A stretch of DNA of 64,000 nt from the NCBI GenBank assembly GCA_030264375.1, contig JASCQW010000154.1, forward strand, positions 4,182,691 through 4,246,690. Reading direction: 5' to 3'. Both the position numbers and the translations under genes were made by a program. This document shows, piece after piece, positions 40,041-52,040 of the stretch. The DNA comes from Carcharhinus longimanus (Eukaryota). The notes beneath the pieces were generated by a model, which made no database searches, was not told where the DNA came from, and saw nothing but the letters and a program-made list of their open reading frames with translations. The first letter of the stretch is position 1. Each line of letters begins with the position of its first letter.

Positions 40041-42619
40041 CGATAAATGACAGCACTTCCTTATTTTAATAATGAATGTTGAAAAACAGAATGGTTACAG
40101 CATAGAAGGGGGCCGTTCCGCTGCGCTGGATCTCGAAGGCGCAATTTTCTCCGTGCCACTCCCCGGACTTTCCTCATAGGCCCTAGTTTCAGAATGTCCA
40201 TTTACACTGAGGCCCCAAAATATTAATATTGACACGAAAGAAGACAATAATAGAAAATTTGCAATTACTTCAGGAAACTGCTGTACCAAATTTTCCGTAG
40301 CAGAAACCTCTGCAAAATTGGGTATTTAAATTTGGACAAATGTCCTTCTAATATACCGGTTAACATCAAATATAGTCGGTCAATAATATTCCACTGCATT
40401 TCTTATATCTTTGGTTCAATGCATTGCCTTTTACATAAAAGGAAGTCATCTTAACATATCTTGCACCTTTTGTGCATCCTGCTTTTAACTTTTTCTCAGT
40501 CTTACCGAGGAACTATAGACCGTGTGCACCATTTAAGATGTGGAAATAATTTTAGTGATAAGAATTACTCTTGTGTCGACTAAGACCTGTACAGCGGGCT
40601 GATAGGATTTTAACGTAGCTCTTGAGGTCCATGTGCAATGGTTGATAATTTCAAAATTAATTTATAAGGATCATGTTATTCCACCAGCTAACAAGTACGG
40701 ATAGCGATCTGAAACAGTGGTACATTTGACAATGTAGGTTAAAAAGCTCTGCTCTCGGTCGCAATGCGATTGCCCCACTTTAACACCCTTCAAAATCAAC
40801 GCTGCATTTTTAAAAAATGCAGCTAGCATTGTTGTTTCAGCTTTAGGTTTTCGAACAATGACAGTAGTAAATGCTTTGATAACGAAATGTAGCAAATAAA
40901 AATTGACCGTAATGTTACCCAGTGTCAAACTAATGTAGTCATTTATTATCCATAACCTGATACACGTTTACATAAATTAATGTATCAGAGTCCCAATATA
41001 TTAAAATCTATCATTGTAATGTACAGCAGTGTTTTCTTCTTTGAAAGAGACACACAGACTCGAAACGTTAACCCTGTTTCTCTCTCCACGGATATTGCCA
41101 GACCTGCTGAGCTTATCCGGCATTTTCTGTTTTCATTATCGTTATCTTCCGTTTAGGAAGATATGAAAAATCATAAGTTGGTGATCTTTAATTCGTTGCA
41201 TCAACCAAGGTACACGATTTAAATACTTTAACTGAGGGCAATTGGTTACCATCTGATGTAATATGAAGGTATTAAAAAGTTAAAAACATTCAAGCCCTCA
41301 AGCCTATTCCACCATTCAATAAGATTATAGTTGCTTTATGTCTTAACTCCACCCATTCTCGTTGGCTCTTTATCCTTTTATACCCTGATCTAGATTTCGG
41401 ATCTAAAATAAATTGAGTTAGCTGCGTTTTATTTTGAGTGCTATAGGGTATTTTTTTAATTTCCACTGCTCTTTGCGAGAAGAATTATTTCTTAACTTCT
41501 TTCCAGGATGCCCTGGCTTTGATTACAGTGTGATGTCTCCAACAGAAGACTCCCTAACCAGGGGAAAAGGGTCTTTTTTTTATTTTTGCTTTGAAGATTG
41601 TCAGCAAGATTTCTTCTCAACACTATACTGTTTCATCATAGCGCACATATTTTCAGTTAATTCTACAAACTATGATTTCAACTCTCCTGAGCTAATGCCA
41701 CAACTGGCGAATATCTGGACTGCTTCATCCAGTCAGCGGCGGAATGGTTAACCCAACCCGCCCCAGACATGAATCAAGCCGCTTTGGTTGATAGTGACTG
41801 TTCTCCTAACATCGGATATAGTTACAACTGCACATTGGGAGCAATGGTTACCTGATCTGCATATCGTTCTTCTATTCTCTATATCAGAACGTCTGCTATA
41901 TCTTTCACATTTCCAGTGATCCAAAATAGCAACATTGTTGTCAACTTTTCTGCAGATGTTCAGTCACTGGGTATATTTAAACCTGAGCTTTTCGGCCACG
42001 AAGGAAATCCGGGGTTATGGAGATAGTGTGAAATGTGGATCTGATGTAAGGTATTATCCATAAGGTGTTGAATCGCGGAGAATGGCCCACACATCCTTCT
42101 ATTTCTTATGTTATAATTCTAAAATTCATGAACACGTAATAAATTGCTTTAGCTCCTCTGCGCAGTCTCATTGCAAATGCGTTCAATTCTCCTTTCCGTT
42201 ATTTTGGTGAAATAGTGAGTACCTTTATTTTTTGCTGTGTGTTTGCACACTTCGCAATCAACTGGGAGGTCACACGGCCTTCACTTGCCGTAGGGGTGAA
42301 ATTTGGGTTCAATTTCTCCAAAGAATAGTCATTTCAGTTTTATCAGCCCTGCCCCTTCACTTTTAGGCCCCGGTGTCAATATGGAATCAGATCGCTGGCC
42401 TGGTTCCCTCTTCATGGAGAAACTATTTACATATATATTGTCCATTTGTATCAAACAAAAACGAACACATAGCCAAAGGATGTAATAACATGACTCCAAA
42501 AACACGTCACAATTTCGGACAAATTCAGAGTCAGAATCTCATTGTCTACCAAGCAAGAATATATTTACAATACCACTGTAGAGCTGATACAGAGCGATGG
42601 CCCTTCACATTCTTGTTAC

Positions 42620-43161
42620 AATTATGGCCAACATTAATCTTGGATTCTGGCACCACCTGACCCATTGGGATGGGACTTCTTGTGAGAAGTATTTCCTTGG
42701 GAGCTAGCTCTAGCACTAACGCTTTACGCAAGGTCAAAGTCCCTGCAAAGCTGTGTATCCACACTAAACATCAGTACCTTCCACTTACGCCTCACAGAGC
42801 TCAGCCCCACCTCCGACATGGGCAGAGCATCCCTGGCTGTTGCGTGTCAATTCTACATAGAAAACTGATGTAAATCTAATTCATTCTGAATCGTGTTAAC
42901 TGACTCCGAATTTCTGCTGCAACTCTCGGATGGATGTAATGCCAACTGCACAAGTCATCTCCACATTCTTCATTAAGTGACTCGCTGTAGGCATTTACGG
43001 TATTTTCTCAATCCAATCCAGCTCCCACCTGTCCTTTAACCAGACAGGTTCCACCTAATGCGTTGCGGTCTATTAATCATGATGATTATGTTGCGCTTTC
43101 TTATAGCATTGCCCATAAAATCTAAATGTTGCAGAGAATCTCGCCTGGTGTTTTTGCGCAG
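42620..43161 (-). pseudogene. Tentative HoxB14 split-homeobox relic
   Basis: 43161-43029 translates LRKNTRRDSLQHLDFMGNAIRK..IRWNLSG* and ends GACAG|GT. After cag at ~42659-42657 comes TGG TGC CAG AAT CCA AGA (WCQNPR, vs Hox14 WFQNQR). Alignment by eye, needs indels. Confidence 0.3.
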
Positions 43162-43864
43162 TTTGTCAACTCTCGAAACGAATTCCTTTCTGGAGTTCAT
43201 GCGGTTTGCATTACCCCTTTCAAAAGACAGATGGACTGTAGTAAAGGCGCGTCCAGTTCTATTGGAGATGAACGCGACATAAATCCTTACAGTTTTACAC
43301 TACACTGCGGGTTATCTTTAACCGTTAAAAACAAGTCAGCCGCTTCTCTGCTCAACTAAAAAGACAGAGGTGGGTGAGGCGGAGGGCGGGGGTGTATGGC
43401 CGAGACCGAGTTTGAATTCTTTAATTAAATTGCCAGAACCCGCTGAGTAATTCTCATTTCTGCTTCGCTTAATATTTTTGGGTGGTCTCTGTAGCGAATT
43501 ATAGAGGTGGACTTTGAGGAATTCCGACTCGAGCTAAGTTCAAGGCTCTGCCCCCCAAATCGCTGCATAGACACCAGGGTAATTCCCCCCTCCCCCGCGC
43601 CACCCCTTTGTTCAGCTTCATTTTTTTTTTGGAAATTGGCCATGTTTACTTCACCTTCTGGCGATGGATTTACATCTATCACTGTGTCTACCAGCAAGCT
43701 GCGACCTGCACTGGCAAATCACCCGAAGCAAATCACACAAAGTCCCCCTTAGCAACCCCGAAATTTGAAAGTATAAAATATTGAGAGGGGACATACTGGT
43801 AAGTTGTTTCTTTGGTTGGATAGTCTGGTACGAGAGACTATCGTCAGTATAAGGAATCATTTAC

Positions 43865-44165
43865 TTAGAATCACAGTATCCCTATACTGCAAAAGGAGGC
43901 CAGTTGGCCCATCGAGCCTGCACCAACAGCAATCCCACCCATCCCCTATCCCCGTAACCTCACGTATTTACCCTGCTAATTCCCGTGACACGAAGAGTCA
44001 ATTTAGCACGGCCAATCCATCCAACCCGCACATCTTCGGACTGTGGAAGGAAACTGGATCACCCGGAGGAAACAGGCAAACATGCAAACTCCACGCGGTC
44101 GTCCAAGGCTGGAATTCAACCAGGGTCTCTGGCGCTGTGAGGCAAAGGTGCCACCATGCTGCCCG
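43865..44165 (-). mobile_element. HE1/V-SINE-type SINE
   Basis: ATTTAGCACGGCCAATCCATCCAACCCGCACATCTT..CTGGCGCTGTGAGGC..TGCCACCATGCTGCCC. Confidence 0.85.
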
Positions 44166-44759
44166 GACTTAGGACTGAGATAAGGAGCAATTTCTCCACT
44201 AGGGGACTGTGAATTTCTTGGCATTCTCTAACCTAGTAGGCTATAGATGCTTATTTCATGAGTACATTGAAGATTGGATGATTGACTAGTTGAGATCGAC
44301 TCTTCCAACTCATCAATATAAAAGCAAAGCTCTGCGGATGCTGGAAAGCTGAAATAAAAACAAACCAAAACAGGCTGGAAATACCCAGCAGCTCAGACAG
44401 CTTCTGTGGCGAGAAACAGGGCTAACGTTTCAGGTTGAGATAATCGCTGAGGCGCTCACTGGACACAATATTTGCTTCTTTACTTTACCCAGTCCCGTTC
44501 TCTTTGCCTGTTGTTTCATTAGACCTTTTGCAATTTAACTTCTCCATCCCTAGATCCTATAATGGACTCACGCTTTTGTTTTTCCTGCCTCCCCGCTCCG
44601 CCACTATCTTAGAAAAACCCTGACATTTTGATCTTTCTAAAGTTTTGATGAACACTCACCTTGACCTGAACTGTTAACTGCTTCATTCCACAGATGCTGC
44701 CTGGCCTGCTGAGTATTTCCAGCTTTTTCTGTTTTTGTTCTCCTGGTTCCTCTCCCACA

Positions 44760-45280
44760 TTCAGTAAACTTGAGGTCATCCAAAATGTTGCTCCCCACTT
44801 CTTAGCTCGTAGTGAATTGCGTTCCCCTCTCAACCCGTGTCCGCCTACCTGCATGGGCTCCCATTCAAGCAATGTCTTGATTTTAAAATTCTCCTCCTTG
44901 TTTTCCAATCCCCCCCTATTGGTACCGTTGCCTTCAACTGGGGAGGCCTTAATCTCTGGAATGCCCTCTCAAAACTTGTCTACTTCGCTTTCCCCCTGTC
45001 GAACATTCTTAAACTCTACCTGTTCGGCCAAGCTTTTTGTGATCTGACCTAAGTGAGATATTCTTTATAATTTTCCTGCCTTTGGGACATTGAATTACAT
45101 TGAAGGCATTATATAACTATAAGCTGTTGTTGATAGATTTGGGAGCATTAAAGGAATCGAGGGGCAGAGTGATAGGTCGGAAAAGTAGATTTCATATAGA
45201 AGTTTCTTCATGATCTTATTGAATGACTTAGCAGTCTCGAAAGGCCGAACGGTCTACTCCAGCTCTTAGTCCTCAAATTC
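44760..45280 (+). mobile_element. L2-like 3' tail followed by a CR1 tail
   Basis: KLEVIQN / LHGLPFKQCLDFKILLLVFQ (L2 C-terminus), ending AAGGCATTATATAA; then GATCTTATTGAATG..GGCCGAACGGTCTACTCC. Confidence 0.7.
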
Positions 45281-45859
45281 TGAAATAGAACAACATTTTT
45301 TTACCATTTAATGATTGCAGGGCAACGTGGAGCAAGCATCAAAATTGTGAAGTTGGGTATTGGGGGGATGAGGTCGTCTGCAAATATGTTTATCTAACAG
45401 ACCTGTAATGAATAAGCATAGCATATAAACCAATTGTACGTGGGATGTTATTGGCGATACTCTGACTGGAGAGTCATCTCAAGAATCTACCTCAAGATAG
45501 TTCAAGCCTTGATTTTATTATCCCATCCCACCTTCTCTCCACACATCCGTTACAAAATCTTCTTTCTTTGCAAACTGTGCAGCTTCCCCCCACCTCTCCC
45601 CAACTCCATATATCATTTGCTTACTGGAAATTCCCCGTCTCCCCATTCAGGCCTATTGTTTTCCATAATCAACAGCAGACCTTTGGGTCCTCACGCTAGA
45701 ATTTCCGAATCTGAATTTAATAACAATCCTGATTGCCTTCAGAAGGTTCACTGTGATATATCTGTAAGACTGGATGGTCTTTGTCACCCCTCACTTTGGA
45801 TATTGTTTAAGAAATACCCCACACATTTCTGAAATGCATGTGACATTCGAGGGGCAATG

Positions 45860-46230
45860 AGGAGATGTATGAGGCAAGTTCTTTACACAGAGGGTGGTGA
45901 GTACCTGGAACTCGCTGCCGGGGGACGTAGTGGACGCNNNNNNNNNNNNNNNNNNNNNNNNNNNNNNNNNNNNNNNNNNNNNNNNNNNNNNNNNNNNNNN
46001 NNNNNNNNNNNNNNNNNNNNNNNNNNNNNNNNNNNNNTTGAATGGCGGGGCAGGCTCGAAGGGCCAGATGGCCTACTCCTGCTCCTATTTCTTATGTTCT
46101 TATGTTCTTATGAGATTATCCCCTGAAGGGTAGGGGATTTTAGTTCAGACAGGCTGCATGGCCAGTGCAGGCTTGGAGGGCCGAAGGGCCTGTTCCTGTG
46201 CTGTAATTTTCTTTGTTCTTTGTTCCGTTG
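45860..46230 (+). mobile_element. CR1 3' fragments spanning an N-gap
   Basis: TTTACACAGAGGGTGGTGAGTACCTGGAACTCGCTGCC; tails (TTCTTATG)n and GAAGGGCCTGTTCCTGTGCTGT. Confidence 0.85.
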
Positions 46231-49200
46231 AATGTAAACGCGCGTTAGTCAATGGAATTATGAATACGAAAGCCATTCACCCTCGGCGGTTGGGGTTGAT
46301 ATAGAATATAACAAGAATCCAGGAAGGACCAGGACACCGGAACTTTATACCGAGTTGCTGAAAGGGTTCATTGCACCAATCGTGTCTTACGGAACGCACC
46401 AATAAATATTGCCGCTCTTAGATGCCTCCGTCTTTATGTGGTTAGGGACAACGCAGTGCGTGACAACCCGGATAGCAGATGATTTTTTTGTAACCTTGGG
46501 ATTTGAACGTCGTTTGCAAGACCAGCATTTATTGCCGTTCCTAACTGCGCTTGAGAAGATAGTTGTGAGCCGCCTTCTTGAACCACAATGGCCTCTGTGA
46601 TGTGGTACACTCAGTGCGATGGGGGAAAAGTTCCAGGAGCTTGGCTCAGATCAGGGAAGGAACAGCTAACGTATTTCCAAATCATAAAAAGAACAATAGC
46701 AATATATCACATATCTAAGCAAAATGACCCGTTACCTTTAACACGATTGCTGTGATATAACTGTCTAGAACTTACATAAAGCATTATCATATTTTTTACG
46801 GGCCAGATGTGTCACGTCTGTGTAAATATGGATTCACTTATACTTGGGCTTTTCCATTGTAAAACACATTGCCTATGTAAAAGCCTTTACGTTTGATAAC
46901 GTGATCTCCACTTCTAAAACCGATCAAGTCTTTATTAATAATGCTAACTCTTAGAAAAAAACGAAGTACTTCCTTCTCCCCAGGGGTAAAACTCACTTTC
47001 ATGTATTTTTTTTTGCCTTTACCATGTTATTAACAAGTTTGTTGACAGGTAAATCTCTAGAAGGGTGGGGGGGGGGGGGTCCCCACTTCAGCTTCCCCAG
47101 TCCCCGAATCGCAGANNNNNNNNNNCTGTAACGGCTGAGGTACAGGCCCAAACTCCTCCAGCTACAGTTTTCATGCACGATCCACAATGCCAGATGCAGA
47201 TTGCCCTGCGTTTCATCGTTGTCCATTCTTTCTTACTGGAACGATCCACTTTCCCTCTTTCTATCACTCCCTAACCAAACCTGCTGACCATTAGCATGCT
47301 GGAAGCGCAACTGAGAGATTTTCTTTGGTCTATATTATAGTTTAGGTGCGTTCAGCGAACACGGAATAACTGTCTAAAATTACTACCATAAAATGTTCTG
47401 GAGATTGAATCATTTAAACTTGTAAAAAAAAGAAAGATATCTGTGAACTCCGCAATCTGCGCTGATAACAGATAATTGTTACTTTAAAACGGCAGGTAAG
47501 CTCTTACCTTGAAAAGAAATTCTGTACATTTTGCATTTAAACACAAGTTTATCAAAAGTAGCAAACAGGGCTTGTGTTGTTGATGTGTAAATAGAGGTGG
47601 GAAGGAGGTTAAAATACAATAACTTGCTTAGTCATTTCAAACATTACCAGAAAAATTGAGATCAAGTCCACAGTCTAGTATGAAGGCTCGAAACTTTCGC
47701 CGGTTTAAGGACTAAAACTAAAATCATTAGTTAACGGCAATTAGGCTCGGATGAGGACCTAAATTTCAGTATGAAATTTAAAATCCAGATATTAATTTCT
47801 TGGGTCTCCCCACACTTTGTCAAAGCGAAAACTGAAGAATAAAATGCTCGTGTTATCTGTTCCCACTGCCTTTATACTTGTATGTCAACTGTGTGTATGG
47901 AGGGTGAAGTATTTCCTCACCAGAACATTCCTGTGATTCCGAAAATAAAAAGAACATTCTCACTTATTAAGTTATGTACTGGTTATATATTATCACATAT
48001 ACTGGTCTGAATAGCCGTTTTCATGTCGATGGCTTGCTTTCATAAATAACCTGCTTGTCGCGAAATTTTATTAAACCGCAAGCAGTCAGAGAATGGTATT
48101 CATTTTTCAAAATCCATTAATGATATAAACCTTCTTGTAATTGCGGCAGAACTTGCACAGTAAGTAAAAAACAATCACTGACGGCTCTGGAAATCTACAC
48201 TGGCATGACAGATGAGAAAAAAATGATACATACACAGCAAAATAAAGCGACGATGCACAAATGACGGTTATTAACCATCCTAAAAGTGTGAACTTGCCTG
48301 GAAATATTAGAAGGTTGATAGTTTATATTAGAAAAATTAGCATTAATTTGTCTATCTTGTTTAATGCCGCGCTGTGCAGTAAAAAATGATTTCGAAGTAA
48401 TTACTTTACAATGATGTACGCGGGCAAACTCGAAGTTTGTGCATGTTAATTCAAGCTCAATTATTGCTCTAATTGTTTCGAGGAATTATTGTAGTTAGGT
48501 CCGTCCTCAACTCTCGCCGAGAATGCTAAAAGTATGAATATTCCACCGTCCTGGGTTGTTTGGTAGAATGTTGTTTCCTTGCGCAGTTTTCCTCACTATC
48601 TTCATGCTTTTATAATACATGTATCAAAATCCAAACATTGCCGTGTCTAAACACAAGCCCGACTTGGAGTCAAATTCATTTTTTGCTCTTCCGCCGCAAC
48701 TTTGGCGAAAGGAACTATTCCGGCGACTCTTCTAACGAAAGAAGAATAGAGCAGCGGGGAACAACCCGGGGAAAATTCTCCCCCATGAAATTTTACAGCA
48801 AAAGCCAAGCTTGCTTGGTACTTGGCCTTTTTGGGAAGGTGTTTCTAGTTAAACCCATTCCCTTCCTCCTGTTCTTTCCAGCACACAGTACACCTGGAAT
48901 GTTAAGCATTCGTTTCGTGTTTTTTGAATACAAAATATAATATGATTGGTACTACATCTCTTTATATATATAATTTATACACAGTTTCGGAAAAAGAACA
49001 AACGGCAAATATAAACAATAAAATAAAACGGTGGGCACAAAGGCCATGACAATGAGCAGGACAGCTTACATTAAAACGGCACAGCTCATCGAAGCACAGT
49101 AGAGTATGAACATCTGTGCACATCAGCTCATTTTATGCAACATGGTGGAAGCACAGATTCCTGAATAAGAAGGTACTCAAATACACAGTTGGAAAAAGGG

Positions 49201-49939
49201 ACTTTATAATGAATGGACAAAGCACAATCAATGCCCATTGGGATAGCAGAGACTGCAAACTATAGGCACGGTACAATTTACATGCAATGGACAAGTCCTG
49301 TTTAAAGACATTGGTCGCAGCATAGGTTATGTACATTCGGGAAAAAAAGTGCCGATAGAGGATCATCTGGCTGATGCATGTTGATTTGTCTTCAGCAGAG
49401 TTGACCAATAGAATTTCAGTGTCCGCCAAACTTGCAGTGAACTAGTCACCATGTTCGCCACATGAATGCGCGCACTATTCTTAAAACTACGCAGTATGTT
49501 GAAAGTAAGACTGAGGTTTTAATCCATAAGCAATGAAGGCTGATACACCCACTGCGAGCTGGGAAAAGAGCTTCAACAAGGTTTTATAATCCACAAAGTA
49601 AACCTGCTGTATATAGTCTCAAAATATGCTGATAATCTCTCAACTGAAGTGCTCCGTTTCTGACAGTGTACTCCAGGTTTTTTTTACATTCTCTAACAGT
49701 TAATTGTTTTTATTTTATCAGAAATTATACATTAGGAGGCTCTGGAAGGAAAAGCGGCAGATCCCTACGCATTGATTCCTGTGTCCCGACTTTTGCCTTA
49801 GTTACCTCAGTTCTGTCTCCTGCCATGTTCACTCACAGCATCTGGACAGACCACTGCTCATGATCAACTTCCAGCCATCTTTTCTTTTCCTGAAAATCTC
49901 ATTGGAACCTTGATCTAAACTTGGAGAAAAGAACTATCT

Positions 49940-51000
49940 TCCAGAGGGAATGTGAGAATGAGTGCCATTGACACCGCGTGGCATCAAGGAACCCAAGTCA
50001 AATTGGAGCCAATGGGAGTTAGCGGAGGTATTCTCCACTTATTGAGCTCATACTTAATACAAAGGAAGATAGTTGTGGTTGTTGAATGCAAGTCATCTCA
50101 GACCCAAAATATGGCTGCACGGGGTTCTTGTGGTAATGTCTTAGTCAGTCAGCTTCAATACTTTATCAAATACCTTCCTTCCACTTTAATGTCAGCAGTG
50201 TGGGCGTTGGCTAATTATTAGACAGTTTTCAGTAACATTGGTGTCTCTTTAGATTCCGAAGAAGTCTGTGTCCACGTGCAGAAAGACCTGGACCACATTC
50301 AGCTTGAACTGATGAATGGTAAGTAACTTTAACAGCACATAATGCCAAGCAATGACTAACTCCAGCATGAAAGAAGCCAGTCATTTATGAGGTTACATTC
50401 AACGTCATTACTATGGCTAAATCAACATCCAGGGGGTTGCCATTGCCATTGACCAGAAATTTAACAGAACCTGTCATCTTTGCAGTTACAAGAGCAAATA
50501 CCTCACCACCTGACTCCCTATAGCTTGTTCATCATCTACAAGGTGCAGGCCAGGGGTATAATGGACTGCCTGGATGGGTGCAGATCCAACTACACTCAAG
50601 AAGCTCACAATCCAGTCAAAGGGCCTACGTGATCTACACCTCTTTCATCACTTTAAACATTTGCATCCTCTACCATTAGTGCAATATATACCATCTATAA
50701 GACACGTTGCTGCGATTCGCCAGGCTTCCTTCTACAGACCTTCCTCTATGATTAAGAACAAGAGAATCAGACACGCGGGGAGTTTCATCACCTGCAAGTT
50801 GCACCCTTAAGCCACAGATTATCCTGATTTAGATCTACAACTTATAGTCGCTGTGTCAAAAACCTGGAACTCCCTCCTTAAATGAACTACATGAACTGGA
50901 ACAATTCACCATTGCCTTCTCAAGGGCAATTAGGGTTGGGCAACATGACTAGCTTTGCCCACGAGGACTCACAGCCCAAGAAGGAATGGAATAAAAACAG
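49940..51000 (+). mobile_element. Degenerate LINE RT-to-tail fragment
   Basis: WHQGTQVKLEPMGVSGGILHLLSSYL..KIVVVVE; ADPTTLKKL; tail TCTCAAGGGCAATTAGGGTTGGGCAA. Confidence 0.8.
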
Positions 51001-51719
51001 ATCGCTGCTGCTTTCAATTCCACATTCCAACAAAGTTATTAAGATGAAGGCTAAAACCATCTAGATGTTGTTGCACCTCCCCATCTTGCCAATGTTGAAC
51101 ATTAAACTCTCACAGGCAGCCATGAAGTGCTGTAAGCAGGACACACGGTTTGCCTTGTGAAACCTGTCAACTACGAAGCTAAACAGAAACCAAGTTCTCG
51201 ATTCGCTGTCTTATTAGATTCCCCAAGAAGGTTTCCAGAACAATTGACCACTGTCCTTCCAAAGGGCAGTCCTGCTTTCACAGCTCAACCGCCTGTAGAT
51301 CTAATCGCAAGATCATTTAGAGGCACCCAGAGAGAACAGGAAGCATGAAGGAGACTTTTTTGCTTGGTTCATTGAGCAAATGACCCTTCAGCTTCCAGAT
51401 CACTAGAACGATACTCTGATTGTCATTGCTAATTTAACAGCAGCATGGTCGATTCTTTCTTGCCCATTCAGCGATGAACGAGTGACATCCCTACTCATAT
51501 CATCGTCGCAATTTTGGCACAACTCTGCACTGTGTGGCTTCAAAACTGAACAGGACAGAACAGGCTGATTTACTATGTATGGTGAGTGGCGAATTTATTG
51601 AACATAATTCCTCTATGCCATGTCCATACTTCGAATTGTGATCGAAAGACTACTTAGACAAAATGATCATTCCATAGTCAATGTGCTATAGGGAAATTGC
51701 AGATTATATACAATGTGAA

Positions 51720-52040
51720 GTCAAAAATCAAGACTGACGCTCCAGTGCAGCACTGAAGGAGGCCTGCACTGTCGGAGGTGTCGTCATTTGGATGACACAC
51801 TAAACAGAGACCCATCAGATCCTCAGGCGGAGGTAAAAGATTCCATGCCACTCCACTACTTCGAAGAAGAGCAGGGAAGTTATCGCTAATGTCCTGGCCA
51901 ATATCAATCCCTTAATCAACATCACGAAAGTAGATGATCTGCTCAATAGCACAATGTTGTCCGTGGGAGTTTGCTGTGCTCCAATCAGCCAAAGCCTTGC
52001 GTCCAGTTCGCGAAAAGCGCTATATAAATGAAACTCTTAT
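51720..52040 (+). mobile_element. DeuSINE (SacSINE1/AmnSINE-like Deu domain)
   Basis: CCAGTGCAGCACTGAAGGAG..CTGCACTGTCGGAGGTG..GTAAAAGATTCCATG..GAAGAAGAGCAGGG..GTCCTGGCCAATAT, with an L2-type end AAGCGCTATATAAATG. Confidence 0.75.

Noticed and set aside
43220-43260. RAFT motif resembling Evx YRTAFT
   Set aside because: Wrong orientation for a cluster-linked Evx and no further homeodomain similarity. No Evx/eve1 exon was recognised in the window.
44656-44667. DR0-like TCACCTTGACCT (also TGACCTTGA at ~15046)
   Set aside because: Lies inside repeat fragments, so it was excluded from the DR0 set.
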